From contig OY782041.1 of NCBI GenBank assembly GCA_963677595.1, forward strand, positions 3,776,001 to 3,840,000: DNA of 64,000 bases, given 5' to 3'. This document shows positions 11,560 to 21,694 of this stretch, in pieces. Source of the stretch: Spirochaetia bacterium (GTDB taxonomy: Bacteria; Spirochaetota; Spirochaetia; CAKZLE01). Position numbers and translations under genes: made by a program. The notes beneath the pieces are model-generated. The model was not told the origin of the DNA, did no database searches, and saw nothing but the letters and a program-made list of their open reading frames with translations. The stretch's first letter is position 1. Every line of letters starts with the position of its first letter.

Positions 11560-12741
11560 ATGGACTTAAGAACCGTCAAAGATATTGATTTGACAAACAA
11601 GAGAGTCCTGATCCGAGTCGACTTTAACGTCCCCCTCAAAGAGGGGGTCGTTACTGATGCGACCAGGATCGAACGAGCTCTCCCGACAATAAAGTATATT
11701 CTCGAGCAGGAAGGTGCATCACTGGTCGTGATGACTCACCTTGGTCGCCCGAAAGGTGAGAGGAAGCCTGAGTTCAGCCTTGCTCCTGTCGCTGCCAGAT
11801 TCAGTGAACTTCTTGGGAAAGAGGTCCTCATGGCAGATGACTGCATCGGTGATGCAGTAGAGGCACAGGCAAAGGCGCTTGAGCCTGGACAGGTTCTTCT
11901 TCTGGAGAATGTACGTTACTACAAAGAAGAGACGAAGAATGACCCTGCGTTCGCTGAGAAACTCGCGAAGCTCGGTGATGTCTATGTGAATGACGCATTC
12001 GGTACCGCACACCGTGCACACGCCTCGACAGAGGGTGTCACGAAGTACCTCCCGTCAGTTGCCGGGTTCCTCATCGAGAAGGAAGTGAAGTTCTTCTCAC
12101 CGCTGCTCACAGCCCCAGAGAAGCCGTTCGTGGCAATCATCGGCGGGGCGAAGGTATCATCGAAGATCGGCGTGCTCCAGTCACTGCTCGACACCTGTGA
12201 TACCATCATCATCGCAGGCGGCATGGCCTTCACCTTCCTGAAAGTGCTTGGGAAGGAGATCGGTGCATCCCTCTTCGAGGAGGACTACATCGAAGTTGCG
12301 GCTAACCTCCTGAAGGCAGCCGACGAGAAGGGTGTGCAGATCATCCTCCCGCTCGACCATGTCTGTGCGGCGGCCTTCGCCGAGGATGCGGAAGCAGTCG
12401 CTGTCGATGACCAGAATGTGCCGGATGGCCTCCTTGGCCTCGATGTCGGTCCCAAGACGCTCGAAGCAGTGCGTACAGCACTTTCAAGCGCACGATCCAT
12501 CGTCTGGAACGGCCCCATGGGCGTGTTCGAGTTCGATACTTTCGCGAAAGGTACCACTGAGGTTGCGAAGATGGTAGCCGAGAGCAAGGGGATCACGGTT
12601 GTAGGCGGCGGAGATTCCGTTGCTGCAGTGAACAAATTCGGATATGCTGATCAAATAGACCATGTATCCACCGGCGGCGGGGCTTCCCTCGAATTCCTGG
12701 AAGGCAAGACACTTCCCGGTATCGCCGCACTGATGAACTAG
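11560..12741 (+). CDS. pgk: Phosphoglycerate kinase
   Basis: [41 protein letters not shown]. Confidence 0.99.
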   Translation: MDLRTVKDIDLTNKRVLIRVDFNVPLKEGVVTDATRIERALPTIKYILEQEGASLVVMTHLGRPKGERKPEFSLAPVAARFSELLGKEVLMADDCIGDAVEAQAKALEPGQVLLLENVRYYKEETKNDPAFAEKLAKLGDVYVNDAFGTAHRAHASTEGVTKYLPSVAGFLIEKEVKFFSPLLTAPEKPFVAIIGGAKVSSKIGVLQSLLDTCDTIIIAGGMAFTFLKVLGKEIGASLFEEDYIEVAANLLKAADEKGVQIILPLDHVCAAAFAEDAEAVAVDDQNVPDGLLGLDVGPKTLEAVRTALSSARSIVWNGPMGVFEFDTFAKGTTEVAKMVAESKGITVVGGGDSVAAVNKFGYADQIDHVSTGGGASLEFLEGKTLPGIAALMN

Positions 12742-12750
12742 GAGAGACAG

Positions 12751-13503
12751 ATGAGAAGAGCATTCATTGCTGGAAACTGGAAGATGAACAAGACGGCCAC
12801 CGAGGGCGTCGCTCTCGCTGAAGAGCTCGTAGCTGCGGTTGCAGGCTGCAATGCGAAAGTACTCGTTGCGCCGCCGTTCACCACCATCCCTGCAGTCAAG
12901 GCTGCAGTGGCAGGGTCGAACATCCTCGTCGGGGCACAGAATATGTCAGATAACGAATCAGGGGCCTTCACTGGTGAAGTGGCACCTGCTATGCTCAAGG
13001 ACCTCGGCGTGGACGCCGTCATCCTCGGGCACTCCGAGAGGAGGGCGATCTACGGTGAGAGTGACGAGTTCATCAACCGAAAGGTCAAGCTCGCGCTCTC
13101 CTACGGTTTTGAAGTCATCCTCTGCGTAGGGGAGACCCTCGAAGAGCGTGAAGCAGGACAGGCTGAGGCTGTATGCCAGACTCAGCTGCTCGGCGGGCTC
13201 AAGGATGTATCAAAAGAAGAGTTCTCGAAGGTAACGATCGCATATGAGCCAGTTTGGGCGATCGGGACCGGCAAGACAGCCACACCTGAGGATGCGGATG
13301 CGATTCATGCATATATCAGGGGGGAAGTTGAAAAACTCTTTGACAAAGACGCTGCAGATGAGGTAATAATACAGTATGGTGGTTCTGTGAAGCCTGACAA
13401 TGTGAAAGACCTCATGGCTAAAGAGAACATCGACGGTGCCCTCGTCGGCGGTGCATCGTTAAAATCTGAATTGTTTGTACCAATCGTTACATTCGATGCA
13501 TAA
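12751..13503 (+). CDS. tpiA: Triosephosphate isomerase
   Basis: AGNWKMN, GHSERR, AYEPVWAIGTGK, GALVGGASL. Confidence 0.99.
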   Translation: MRRAFIAGNWKMNKTATEGVALAEELVAAVAGCNAKVLVAPPFTTIPAVKAAVAGSNILVGAQNMSDNESGAFTGEVAPAMLKDLGVDAVILGHSERRAIYGESDEFINRKVKLALSYGFEVILCVGETLEEREAGQAEAVCQTQLLGGLKDVSKEEFSKVTIAYEPVWAIGTGKTATPEDADAIHAYIRGEVEKLFDKDAADEVIIQYGGSVKPDNVKDLMAKENIDGALVGGASLKSELFVPIVTFDA

Positions 13504-13518
13504 TTATTGGAGTTTTTA

Positions 13519-13842
13519 ATGGGAGTTTTTGGCGTAATCTTATTAGTGCTGTTCGTCATCGTCTGCATACTGATGATCCTTCTGGTCATCATCCAGGATG
13601 AGCACAGTGAAGGACTCGGCGGTATCTTCGGCGGAGCCAGCGATACCACCTTCGGGTCGAACTCAGGCAACATCCTGACGAAGATAACCTATATCGTCGG
13701 GGCACTGTTCCTGGTACTGGCGTTCTCTCTGGCGTTCATCAACCGGACACCGTCAAGCGACAGCCTGCTCACACAGGCACAGCAGACGAGTCAGGAGACC
13801 ACTGAATGGTGGAATGACACTCCGGCAGACCAGGCAGAGTAG
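13519..13842 (+). CDS. secG: Preprotein translocase subunit SecG
   Basis: Two TM helices with Q..GLGGIFGG..FG loop; follows tpiA. Confidence 0.92.
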   Translation: MGVFGVILLVLFVIVCILMILLVIIQDEHSEGLGGIFGGASDTTFGSNSGNILTKITYIVGALFLVLAFSLAFINRTPSSDSLLTQAQQTSQETTEWWNDTPADQAE

Positions 13843-13861
13843 TATAAGATTAGAATCAGAG

Positions 13862-13898
13862 GACCGCTATAACACCTGTTATAGCGGTCTATATTTTT
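13862..13898 (+). terminator. Rho-independent terminator after secG
   Basis: GACCGCTATAACA-CC-TGTTATAGCGGTC perfect inverted repeat followed by TATATTTTT. Confidence 0.75.
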
Positions 13899-13908
13899 GG
13901 GGTTGTTC

Positions 13909-14325
13909 ATGAGAGTCTGTATCGTCATATGTTATCAGGGGAATGGAAGCAAGCTGCTTGAGACCGCGAAGGGCCTGTCCAAGGGGATCTTATCCCAGGG
14001 ACACCAGGTCGATATCATCGACGGGACGAAAGAGCAGGGCAAGAAGGTCTCCTTCTATGACTACATCGCGCTCGGTACGACTGCATCAACCTCGTTCGGG
14101 GGCAAGATCCCCGATTCAGTGAAGAATTTTCTCGCACAGTGCGGATCCGTCTCGGGAAAACGTTCCTTCGCCTTCATCAATGGCGGCGGTATACGGAAGA
14201 ACAAGACGCTCAAGGCCCTGATGGATACCATGGAGCACGAGGGTATGTACCTGAAGTTCTCCGAGATCCTCCAGCAGTCCCAGGATGCTGAACAGATCGG
14301 GAAGCGTCTGCACATCGGCAAATGA
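13909..14325 (+). CDS. Flavodoxin-fold hypothetical protein
   Basis: YDYIALGT...FGGKIP...FL...GKRSFAF pattern resembles the flavodoxin fold; no canonical SxTGNT phosphate loop. Confidence 0.55.
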   Translation: MRVCIVICYQGNGSKLLETAKGLSKGILSQGHQVDIIDGTKEQGKKVSFYDYIALGTTASTSFGGKIPDSVKNFLAQCGSVSGKRSFAFINGGGIRKNKTLKALMDTMEHEGMYLKFSEILQQSQDAEQIGKRLHIGK

Positions 14326-14335
14326 GGCACCATCC

Positions 14336-15394
14336 ATGAAATTAAGCAAAATCCACCTAGTACTGTTACTCATGCTCATCTTCGCAGTTCACCTGCTTCC
14401 CGCCCAGGTGGTCCTGAACCAGCCGGCGGCGGTCGTGAACCTCATCAGGTCCGAGATGATCACCGTCGATGAGCTCGAGGGGAAGCTCGAGAGCTATAAG
14501 GCTGCACGTATACAGGCTGGCAGCTCGACTGAGGGGATCACCGAGGAGTATGTCCTCGAGATCATGATCAACGACCTGCTCGTCCTCCAGGGGGCTGAGC
14601 GCGACGGCGTCACCTTGAGCGACCAGGACCTCGATACCCTGGTGAACAAACAGCGGGCTTCCGTCTCGCAGCAGCTTGGGACCAACCTCAACGATGCGCA
14701 GTTCGAGCAGGTGCTCAACTCCTATTTCGGGCTTACCCTCGCTGAGTACCGCGCCAAAATCTACGAGAACTACATCGTCGATGCCTACATCAGTCAGGCC
14801 AAGAGCGATATCCTCGATTCCGCCAAGGCACCGACGAAGCAGGAGATCGAGAGTTACTACAAGAAGAACGCGGCAAGCTTCATCAACCCGGAATACATCA
14901 AGGTCAGCCATATCTTCATCAGTAAGGCAGGAAGGACCGATGAGCAGGCAAAGGCGCTTGCCGAGAAGATCGGGAGGAACATCCTCTACGGGGTCAAGAG
15001 TTTCGATGACCAGATCATCGAGTACTCCGACGACGAGAACTCCAGGTTCATCGGCGGTACCCTCGGCTGGATCGCGATCAACGATGCCACGAAGAAGGCC
15101 ATCCTCGGTGAGCAGTTCTTCGATGTGGCATTCGCGCTGGAAGAAGGGGAGATCTCAAAGGTCGTGAAGTCGAATTCCGGCTACCATATCGTCAAGCTCA
15201 TCGAGCGGAAGTCACCGAAGATCCTGCAGCTCGGTGATACCCTGAGCCCATCGAACTCGATGACGGTGAACCAGTACATCACCCAAAAACTCTATACCGA
15301 CAACCAGGACGCTGCCTACAAGGCCGCAATATCCTCACTCGTCGCAGACCTGCGGGATGAGGCAGAGATCACCATCCTGTTGGGCCAGAACTGA
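14336..15394 (+). CDS. SurA/PrsA-like parvulin peptidyl-prolyl isomerase
   Basis: Signal peptide, SurA_N-like helical domain, parvulin motifs VSHIFI, YSDD..GGTLGW, GEISKVVKSNSGYHIVKL. Confidence 0.85.
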   Translation: MKLSKIHLVLLLMLIFAVHLLPAQVVLNQPAAVVNLIRSEMITVDELEGKLESYKAARIQAGSSTEGITEEYVLEIMINDLLVLQGAERDGVTLSDQDLDTLVNKQRASVSQQLGTNLNDAQFEQVLNSYFGLTLAEYRAKIYENYIVDAYISQAKSDILDSAKAPTKQEIESYYKKNAASFINPEYIKVSHIFISKAGRTDEQAKALAEKIGRNILYGVKSFDDQIIEYSDDENSRFIGGTLGWIAINDATKKAILGEQFFDVAFALEEGEISKVVKSNSGYHIVKLIERKSPKILQLGDTLSPSNSMTVNQYITQKLYTDNQDAAYKAAISSLVADLRDEAEITILLGQN

Positions 15395-15822
15395 TGGGCA
15401 AGGGTAAGATACGCCATACCGCACGATCGCTCGCCCTGCAGCAGCTCTATGCCTGGGACCTGACCCGTGACATCTCCGAAGGGGACCTGGTAGCATGGGA
15501 TGCAGAAGGTGACGGGGATTCCAATGGGGATGAGACGGAGACGAACCTCTTCTCGACCTACCTTGTCCAGGGTACGAAAGAGCACCTGGAAGAGATCGAT
15601 GAGCTGATCAGAAAATACAGCAGGAACCGTTCTGTAGAAAAAATCGGGAAAATTAACAGAAATATTCTACGATTGAGCATTTTTTCATTATTTTATACAA
15701 AGGAGATACATCCGAACATCGTGATCGATGAGGCTGTGAAGCTCTCGATCGAGTTCAGTGATGATATCTCATACAGTTTTATCAACGGAGTCCTGGACGC
15801 CATAAAGAAGAACGAGTTATGA
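15394..15822 (+). CDS. nusB: Transcription antitermination factor NusB
   Basis: RHTARSLALQQLY, ILRLS, VIDEAVKL, FINGVLD. Confidence 0.95.
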   Translation: MGKGKIRHTARSLALQQLYAWDLTRDISEGDLVAWDAEGDGDSNGDETETNLFSTYLVQGTKEHLEEIDELIRKYSRNRSVEKIGKINRNILRLSIFSLFYTKEIHPNIVIDEAVKLSIEFSDDISYSFINGVLDAIKKNEL

Positions 15823-16565
15823 TCCAACTGAAGAACGAAGAGCAGATAGAGGGAATCAGGAAGTCATGCAGGCTGCTTGCCAGGCTGCACGAGGAACTGC
15901 GCGGCCATGTGGCTGCCGGTATGACGACGAAGCAGGTGGATGAGTTCTGCTATTCGTTCATCACCGACCATAAGGGTAAACCTGCCTTCCTCGGGTACAT
16001 GGGGTTCCCGGCAACGGCGTGTATCTCCGTCAATGAGGAGATCATACACGGCATTCCCGGCAAACGCGTGCTCCACTCGGGGGATCTCGTCAGTATCGAT
16101 CTCGGGATAGAACTTGACGGCTACTTCAGTGATGCTGCCCAGTCGATCATCGTCGGGGAGGGTACTGCCCAGGTAGAGAAGCTGAACCGGGTCACGAGGG
16201 AGTGCCTGGATCTGGCTGTCTCCCAGGTGAAGCCTGGGAACCGCATCAGCGATATCTCGCGGGCTGTCTACTCACATGCGATAAAATCAGGCTACGGTGT
16301 GGTGAAGGAGTACTGCGGACACGGTGTGGGGCTCTCCCAGCATGAGGAGCCGCAGATCCCGAACTACCTGAGCATCGGGCCCAACCCCCGGCTCCGTCCC
16401 GGCATGGTGCTGGCGATCGAGCCGATGATAAACATGGGCTCCAGGCATATAAAACATCTTGATGACGGATGGACGGTTGTCACCAGGGACGGCAAGCCTT
16501 CATCCCATTGGGAACATACAGTACTCGTGGTCGAAGAAGGTGTGGAAATATTGACTGCTTTGTAA
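15819..16565 (+). CDS. map: Methionine aminopeptidase type I
   Basis: CISVNEEIIHGIP, DGYFSD, YCGHGVG, IEPMIN, HWEHT. Confidence 0.97.
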   Translation: MIQLKNEEQIEGIRKSCRLLARLHEELRGHVAAGMTTKQVDEFCYSFITDHKGKPAFLGYMGFPATACISVNEEIIHGIPGKRVLHSGDLVSIDLGIELDGYFSDAAQSIIVGEGTAQVEKLNRVTRECLDLAVSQVKPGNRISDISRAVYSHAIKSGYGVVKEYCGHGVGLSQHEEPQIPNYLSIGPNPRLRPGMVLAIEPMINMGSRHIKHLDDGWTVVTRDGKPSSHWEHTVLVVEEGVEILTAL

Positions 16566-16590
16566 AAATATTTCACGTGAGGTGCTTATA

Positions 16591-18111
16591 ATGAGACGAC
16601 CTAAACCTTATTTTCTTATCGGGGCAGTGCTGGTCATACTGGTACTCGCCACGCTTACCTTGGGATCAGCTGGTACGAAGGAGACTCAGACTCCTCAGAC
16701 CAGCCTAGAACCGGTGACTGATGCCGAAATACAGCAGTTGGCGACCAGCGGCACCCAGGAGACAACGACAAAGACATCTGGAACCGGATCCATAGCACGG
16801 ATCGAGGAACTCCAGTACTCATTCAACCAGGTGGTAGAGCAGGTCCTCCCGACTGTCGTGGAGATCAACGTCACCGCGATCGAGGTGAGGCAGAACACCA
16901 TGCAGGGCTGGCCCTGGTTCTTTGACTCCAACCCCTACCAGGAGTATGAGTCGAACCGTCTCGGTTCAGGCGTCATCTTCCGGAAGGACGGCGATACCTA
17001 CTATATCCTGACGAACAACCATGTTGCCGGTGACTCCGAGAGTATCGAGGTAGTGCTCGATGACGAGCGGACCTATACAGCTGAACTGGTAGGTACCGAT
17101 GAACGGCGTGACCTGGCGATTGTCAGCTTCCAGTCTGACGAGCATGACATCCCGATCGCGACCCTCGGTTCTTCATCAGACATGAAGGTCGGAGACTGGG
17201 TCCTGGCCATGGGAAGCCCCTTCGGCTATGTCTCAAGCGTTACGGCAGGCATCGTGAGTGCCCTCGGCCGTTCCGGGCAGGAGATCAACAACATCAATGA
17301 CTTCATCCAGACGGATGCCGCGATCAATTCAGGGAACTCAGGCGGCCCGCTGGTCAATATCTACGGCGAGGTGGTCGGGATCAATACCTGGATCGCAGCC
17401 CCGTCAGGCGGCTCCATCGGCCTTGGCTTCTCCATACCGATCGATAATGCCAAGCTGATCATCGATGAACTCATCGAGTACGGCCAGGCAGTGGACGGCT
17501 GGCTCGGCATCTCCATGCTCGATATGGACCAGTATGCATCACTGCAGAACAATGATGAGAAGACTGCCGTCAAGGGAGTCTTCGTCGCGAACATCTACCT
17601 TGATTCCCCTGCCTACAAGGGCGGCCTTCGCGCCGGTGACATCATCACGGGATTCAATGATAAGGCCAACCTCGACTTAGAGAAGCTCTCCAGGTACATC
17701 AGCGATGCACCGCTCGGGGAGCCGCAGGTCTTCACGATCTACCGAGGCGGCAGCTACTACCATGCCAACGTCACCCTCGAGCAGAGAAAGAGCGATGAGG
17801 AGATATCGCAGTCCTCAGAGCTGCTGTGGCCGGGCATCCTGCCGATAGAGCTCAACGAGGAGATCCTCTCGTCACTCGGCCTGAGTGATTCTCAGGAAGG
17901 TGTCATGATCCAGCTGATCACCTCCACGAGCGAGCAGAACAGGTTCCAGCAGGCCGGGCTCAAGAACTATGACATCATTACCGAGATAAACGGCAGCAAG
18001 ATCACTTCCATCGAAGGGTTTTATGGTGTAATATCGGATGATACTGTATCGGACTATACCGTGACCTATATCAGGAACGGCAAGATTTACAAGATAGGAG
18101 TCAAGAAGTAG
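16591..18111 (+). CDS. htrA: HtrA/DegP-family serine protease with two PDZ domains
   Basis: GSGVI, TNNHV, DLA, IQTDAAINSGNSGGPL; signal/TM at N-terminus. Confidence 0.92.
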   Translation: MRRPKPYFLIGAVLVILVLATLTLGSAGTKETQTPQTSLEPVTDAEIQQLATSGTQETTTKTSGTGSIARIEELQYSFNQVVEQVLPTVVEINVTAIEVRQNTMQGWPWFFDSNPYQEYESNRLGSGVIFRKDGDTYYILTNNHVAGDSESIEVVLDDERTYTAELVGTDERRDLAIVSFQSDEHDIPIATLGSSSDMKVGDWVLAMGSPFGYVSSVTAGIVSALGRSGQEINNINDFIQTDAAINSGNSGGPLVNIYGEVVGINTWIAAPSGGSIGLGFSIPIDNAKLIIDELIEYGQAVDGWLGISMLDMDQYASLQNNDEKTAVKGVFVANIYLDSPAYKGGLRAGDIITGFNDKANLDLEKLSRYISDAPLGEPQVFTIYRGGSYYHANVTLEQRKSDEEISQSSELLWPGILPIELNEEILSSLGLSDSQEGVMIQLITSTSEQNRFQQAGLKNYDIITEINGSKITSIEGFYGVISDDTVSDYTVTYIRNGKIYKIGVKK

Positions 18112-18714
18112 ATGTCAAAGGATTTTGTTTCACCGACCATGCTGAGGGACAATGCGTTCAAGCTTGTCCATAAGATCTATTCAGAGGACGGGTTCGTCCC
18201 GGATATCATCTATACCCTGCTGAGAGGTGGAGCATACCTTGCCAATGTGTTCAGCGAGTACTACAAGCTGGTCACCCCCTACAAGACGCGGCCGGTCTTC
18301 TATGCGGCCGTCGTCGCACGCTCCTATACTGATGTGCGGGAGCAGTCCAAGGTCATGATCGACGGCTGGACCTACTCACCTGATTATCTTCGCTCCGGGG
18401 ACAAGATCCTCGTCGTCGATGATATCTTCGACACGGGGAAGACCATCAACAAGCTCGGCGAGGTCCTGATGGATAAGGGTATACCGAGGGAGGACCTCAA
18501 GATCGCTGTCCATGACTACAAGTACCCCACCTACAAGGAGCACCTCCCCCTGCAGCCTGACTACTACTGCCGCAAACACGTCATCGCATCCCCGGAAGAG
18601 GATTCCTGGATACATTACATGAACCATGAGTATATCGGGCTGAAGCCTGATGAGATCGATGCAGCCTATGAGGATCCCGAGGTACGGCAGATCCTCAAAT
18701 CGCTGATCAAATAG
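18112..18714 (+). CDS. Type I phosphoribosyltransferase
   Basis: LLRGG and ILVVDDIFDTGKT PRPP-binding motif. Confidence 0.88.
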   Translation: MSKDFVSPTMLRDNAFKLVHKIYSEDGFVPDIIYTLLRGGAYLANVFSEYYKLVTPYKTRPVFYAAVVARSYTDVREQSKVMIDGWTYSPDYLRSGDKILVVDDIFDTGKTINKLGEVLMDKGIPREDLKIAVHDYKYPTYKEHLPLQPDYYCRKHVIASPEEDSWIHYMNHEYIGLKPDEIDAAYEDPEVRQILKSLIK

Positions 18715-18738
18715 CCTTAGGCAGAAAAAGGTCCAAAA

Positions 18739-18781
18739 ATCAATAAAAAAGGAGTTCATGGTGAACTCCTTTTTTATTGAT
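18739..18781. terminator. Bidirectional intrinsic terminator between convergent genes
   Basis: Perfect 20-bp inverted repeat ATCAATAAAAAAGGAGTTCA-TGG-TGAACTCCTTTTTTATTGAT with A/T tracts on both sides. Confidence 0.88.
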
Positions 18782-18795
18782 ACGCAGGCTTCTTC

Positions 18796-20013
18796 TTACG
18801 GGATGATCGTCGATACTGCATCCTCTGCAGTGGTCTCGAGGATGAAGCTCGTGGAAGTCGATGAGAGGAATTCCCAGTCCGCAGCACTTCCTGAATGGTC
18901 ATAGAAATCAAGGATCCTCGTCCCGGAGAGGGCATTGAAGTAGTTCCCTGATTGAGCCTCCACGGCTGCAGGGGTGATGGTTGGGGGATCATCGGTACTT
19001 GCGAGGAGGTCTGTCATATTGAGCTCGAAGAGCTCCTCATCACCGGCTACGAGGATGATGTCATCAGTCCCGTCGTTAACGAGTACCGTCGGAACACCGG
19101 AGGACCGGACGAGATCCTTGCCGGCACTGGTCTTGCCGATCGTGATGAGGTCATTCTCCTGGTCTGCAAGGATCGAGTCAGTATCAGCGGGAGTATTCAG
19201 GTCCCCGGACGGATCGAAGGAGAAGACGTTCCCGTCGTTAGTCATCAAGTAGAGGATATTGCTGTAGCTGAACCCGCCGATGAGGTGCTCGGTGAATTCG
19301 CTGTTGGTGATCTCAGTCAGTGCCGACAAGGTCCCTCCGGTATAGGTCGCATAGTAGGTGGTGATGGCAGTTCCATCATCTGCATTGATGAAGATATAGG
19401 AGGTGGATGTACCACTGTCATATACGGAGAAGGCGTTGGCTTTCACGGTGGAGTCAGCAGATGCCAGTGACGTGGTCAGTGTATGGGTGATAGCTCCCCC
19501 ATCAAGGGAAACCAGGACGTAATTGGTCCCATCATCATAGACAGCGAATGCAGCGGTATCATCGGTGAAGAGTGCTGATACCTTGACGCCTGCAACTGCA
19601 GGGGTCCCCAGCGCTGTCAGGTCACCGATCACGATATCTTTATCGAAGGTGTCCGCTGAGTTGTCATAGGTGTGGAGAGCGGCTGTCGTATCGGAGTCGA
19701 AGAGGGCGAAGTAGTAGTAATCGTTACAGAACTCAACATCGTTGATCAGCCCGTCGAGTGCGGTGACCTCATCCCAGAGAGCTGTATCATTGGTATAGAT
19801 CTTGTACTTGATGCTCTTCCCCATCCGAATGAAGAGATTGTCGCTTCCGTCTATCTGCAGGATGTTCTGTACGGCAGAATCAGAGTAGTCAGTGCTTGCA
19901 GTCTCCTCGGCAGCAGCCATGGAGAGGAAGATCCCTGCACCGTCCAGGTTGCAGGAGAGCAGGAAGAGGACCGTGATCAGGCTCAGCAGCAGTATGGTGG
20001 TAATTCGTTTCAT
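18796..20013 (-). CDS. Spirochaetal lipoprotein, beta-rich and acidic (possible beta-propeller)
   Basis: MKR + hydrophobic stretch + LFLLS-C lipobox; short beta-strand repeats; 9 bp downstream of the OMP gene. Confidence 0.75.
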   Translation of the reverse strand: MKRITTILLLSLITVLFLLSCNLDGAGIFLSMAAAEETASTDYSDSAVQNILQIDGSDNLFIRMGKSIKYKIYTNDTALWDEVTALDGLINDVEFCNDYYYFALFDSDTTAALHTYDNSADTFDKDIVIGDLTALGTPAVAGVKVSALFTDDTAAFAVYDDGTNYVLVSLDGGAITHTLTTSLASADSTVKANAFSVYDSGTSTSYIFINADDGTAITTYYATYTGGTLSALTEITNSEFTEHLIGGFSYSNILYLMTNDGNVFSFDPSGDLNTPADTDSILADQENDLITIGKTSAGKDLVRSSGVPTVLVNDGTDDIILVAGDEELFELNMTDLLASTDDPPTITPAAVEAQSGNYFNALSGTRILDFYDHSGSAADWEFLSSTSTSFILETTAEDAVSTIIP

Positions 20014-20022
20014 AGTTCTCTC

Positions 20023-20640
20023 CTATTGCATGTATTGAAGGGCCAGGCGGACAGATGCACTGTTCATGTAGGCTGTCTTGTCAGCATTCGTGCCGGTGTA
20101 GAACTCCGGGACGAACCAGTAGTCTAGGTCGATCCCCACGCCCCAGTTCTCGTTGAAGTTCCAGAACACGCCGACCTGCGGCTTGAGGAAGATCGGGCTC
20201 AAGTAGGACTGGTCAGCGAACGAGTTGTAGACGACCCCGGCACCGAGTGAGATGGGGAGGTCGATCGTTCCCTGGCTCAGGTAGTAAGAGAGACTGGCCG
20301 AGAGGGGTACGGAGGTGTAGAGGTTGTTATCCTTCGCGTAGGCGAAGGTATAGCTGATCTCAGCCCCGAGTGAGACGTTATGGTTGAGGAATGCCTCGAA
20401 CCCCATGCCGGCATTGCCGCCGAAATAGGTGTTGTCCAATACGGGATCGAATCCCTCTGCAGGGCTCAGGACGAACAGCGGCCTGTACAGGCCGGCATCG
20501 AAGAAGAAGAGCTGGTCACCCGTATCATACCTGAAGGCAGCGGCTGGGTCAGCTTGATCGGTCTCTGCTGCAGCCAGGCTGAATGGGACCGTGAGAAGCA
20601 GTGCAGCAAGGACGAGAAGAGCGAGTTGTTTTGGCTTCAT
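20023..20640 (-). CDS. Small outer-membrane beta-barrel, TP0733/OmpW-like family
   Basis: ATG 20640 (MKPKQLALL...) signal peptide; YDTGDQLF start, about 8 amphipathic strands, LKPQVGVFWNFNENWGVG, YWFVPE, terminal ALQYMQ strand; divergent from folD. Confidence 0.78.
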   Translation of the reverse strand: MKPKQLALLVLAALLLTVPFSLAAAETDQADPAAAFRYDTGDQLFFFDAGLYRPLFVLSPAEGFDPVLDNTYFGGNAGMGFEAFLNHNVSLGAEISYTFAYAKDNNLYTSVPLSASLSYYLSQGTIDLPISLGAGVVYNSFADQSYLSPIFLKPQVGVFWNFNENWGVGIDLDYWFVPEFYTGTNADKTAYMNSASVRLALQYMQ

Positions 20641-20757
20641 GAAGTAACCTTCCTTAACAAAATGACAATTGATAGTACCAAAAGATGTTGCATATATCAA
20701 TCAAAGATCCGAAACAGCCTCCAGAATTCTTCCAAAGATAATCGGGGTACTTTATAT

Positions 20758-20772
20758 AGATAACAATTATCG
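20758..20772. promoter_or_regulatory. Fur-box-like palindrome
   Basis: AGATAACAATTATCG; shares GATAACnATTATC core with 34711-34725; abuts TATAAT upstream of folD. Confidence 0.4.
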
Positions 20773-20815
20773 ATATAATTCGTTAAACTTTTTAGAAAAT
20801 ATCTGGAGAATTGAG

Positions 20816-21694
20816 ATGGGAACGATCATTGACGGAAAAAAGGTATCGCAGACGATAAAGGACGAGCTGAAAGCTGAGGTCGAGGCACTGGTCTCTTCAG
20901 AGGGGATCACCCCGGGACTGGCAGTGGTGCTCGTAGGTGAGGACCCGGCAAGCCAGTCCTATGTACGAGGGAAGAGAAAGACCTGCAAGGAGCTCGGCAT
21001 CCATGCACGGGATTATGACTTCCCGGTCGATACCACCGAGGATGAACTCCTTGGACTCATCGATGAGCTGAACCACGACGAACAGATCGACGGCATCCTC
21101 GTCCAGCTACCCCTGCCGAAGCATATCAACGAGGAGAAGGTGCTGCTCGCCATAGATGCTGCCAAGGACGTGGACGGTTTTCACCCCATGAGCATCGGGA
21201 AGATGGTCACCGGCATGGATACCTTCTACCCCTGTACACCCTACGGGATCATCAAGCTCCTCGAGTACTGTGACATCCCCACCGAGGGGAAGCATGTCTG
21301 CATCGTCGGGAGGAGCAACATCGTGGGGAAGCCGGTCGCAAACCTGCTGCTCCAGAAGCATAAGTTCGCTAATGCCACGGTAACAGTCTGCCATTCCCGT
21401 ACCCCAGACATCGGGTACCATACTCGCCAGGCCGATATCATCATCGCGGCAGTCGGGATCCCTGAGCTCATCACGGCAGACATGATCCGAGACGGCGCGG
21501 TCGTCATCGATGTCGGCGTGAACCGGGTCGATGACCCCTCAAAGAAACGCGGGTACCGACTCGTCGGGGATGTCAACTTCAGTGAAGTCTCAGAGAAGGC
21601 CTCATTCATCACCCCCGTTCCCGGAGGAGTGGGGCCGATGACGATCACCATGCTCATGTACAACACCATAAAGTCAGCGAAGAACAGGATCTAG
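20816..21694 (+). CDS. folD: Methylenetetrahydrofolate dehydrogenase/cyclohydrolase
   Basis: GILVQLPLP, KDVDGFHP, PCTP, GRSNIVGKP, TPVPGGVGPMT; start MGTIIDGK at 20816. Confidence 0.98.
   Translation: MGTIIDGKKVSQTIKDELKAEVEALVSSEGITPGLAVVLVGEDPASQSYVRGKRKTCKELGIHARDYDFPVDTTEDELLGLIDELNHDEQIDGILVQLPLPKHINEEKVLLAIDAAKDVDGFHPMSIGKMVTGMDTFYPCTPYGIIKLLEYCDIPTEGKHVCIVGRSNIVGKPVANLLLQKHKFANATVTVCHSRTPDIGYHTRQADIIIAAVGIPELITADMIRDGAVVIDVGVNRVDDPSKKRGYRLVGDVNFSEVSEKASFITPVPGGVGPMTITMLMYNTIKSAKNRI

Noticed and set aside
16559-16578. Rex-like palindrome before htrA
   Set aside because: Half-site spacing is off by one and it overlaps the map stop codon.
20700-20815. THF or ZTP riboswitch upstream of folD
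   Set aside because: AT-rich and unstructured; no aptamer consensus seen.
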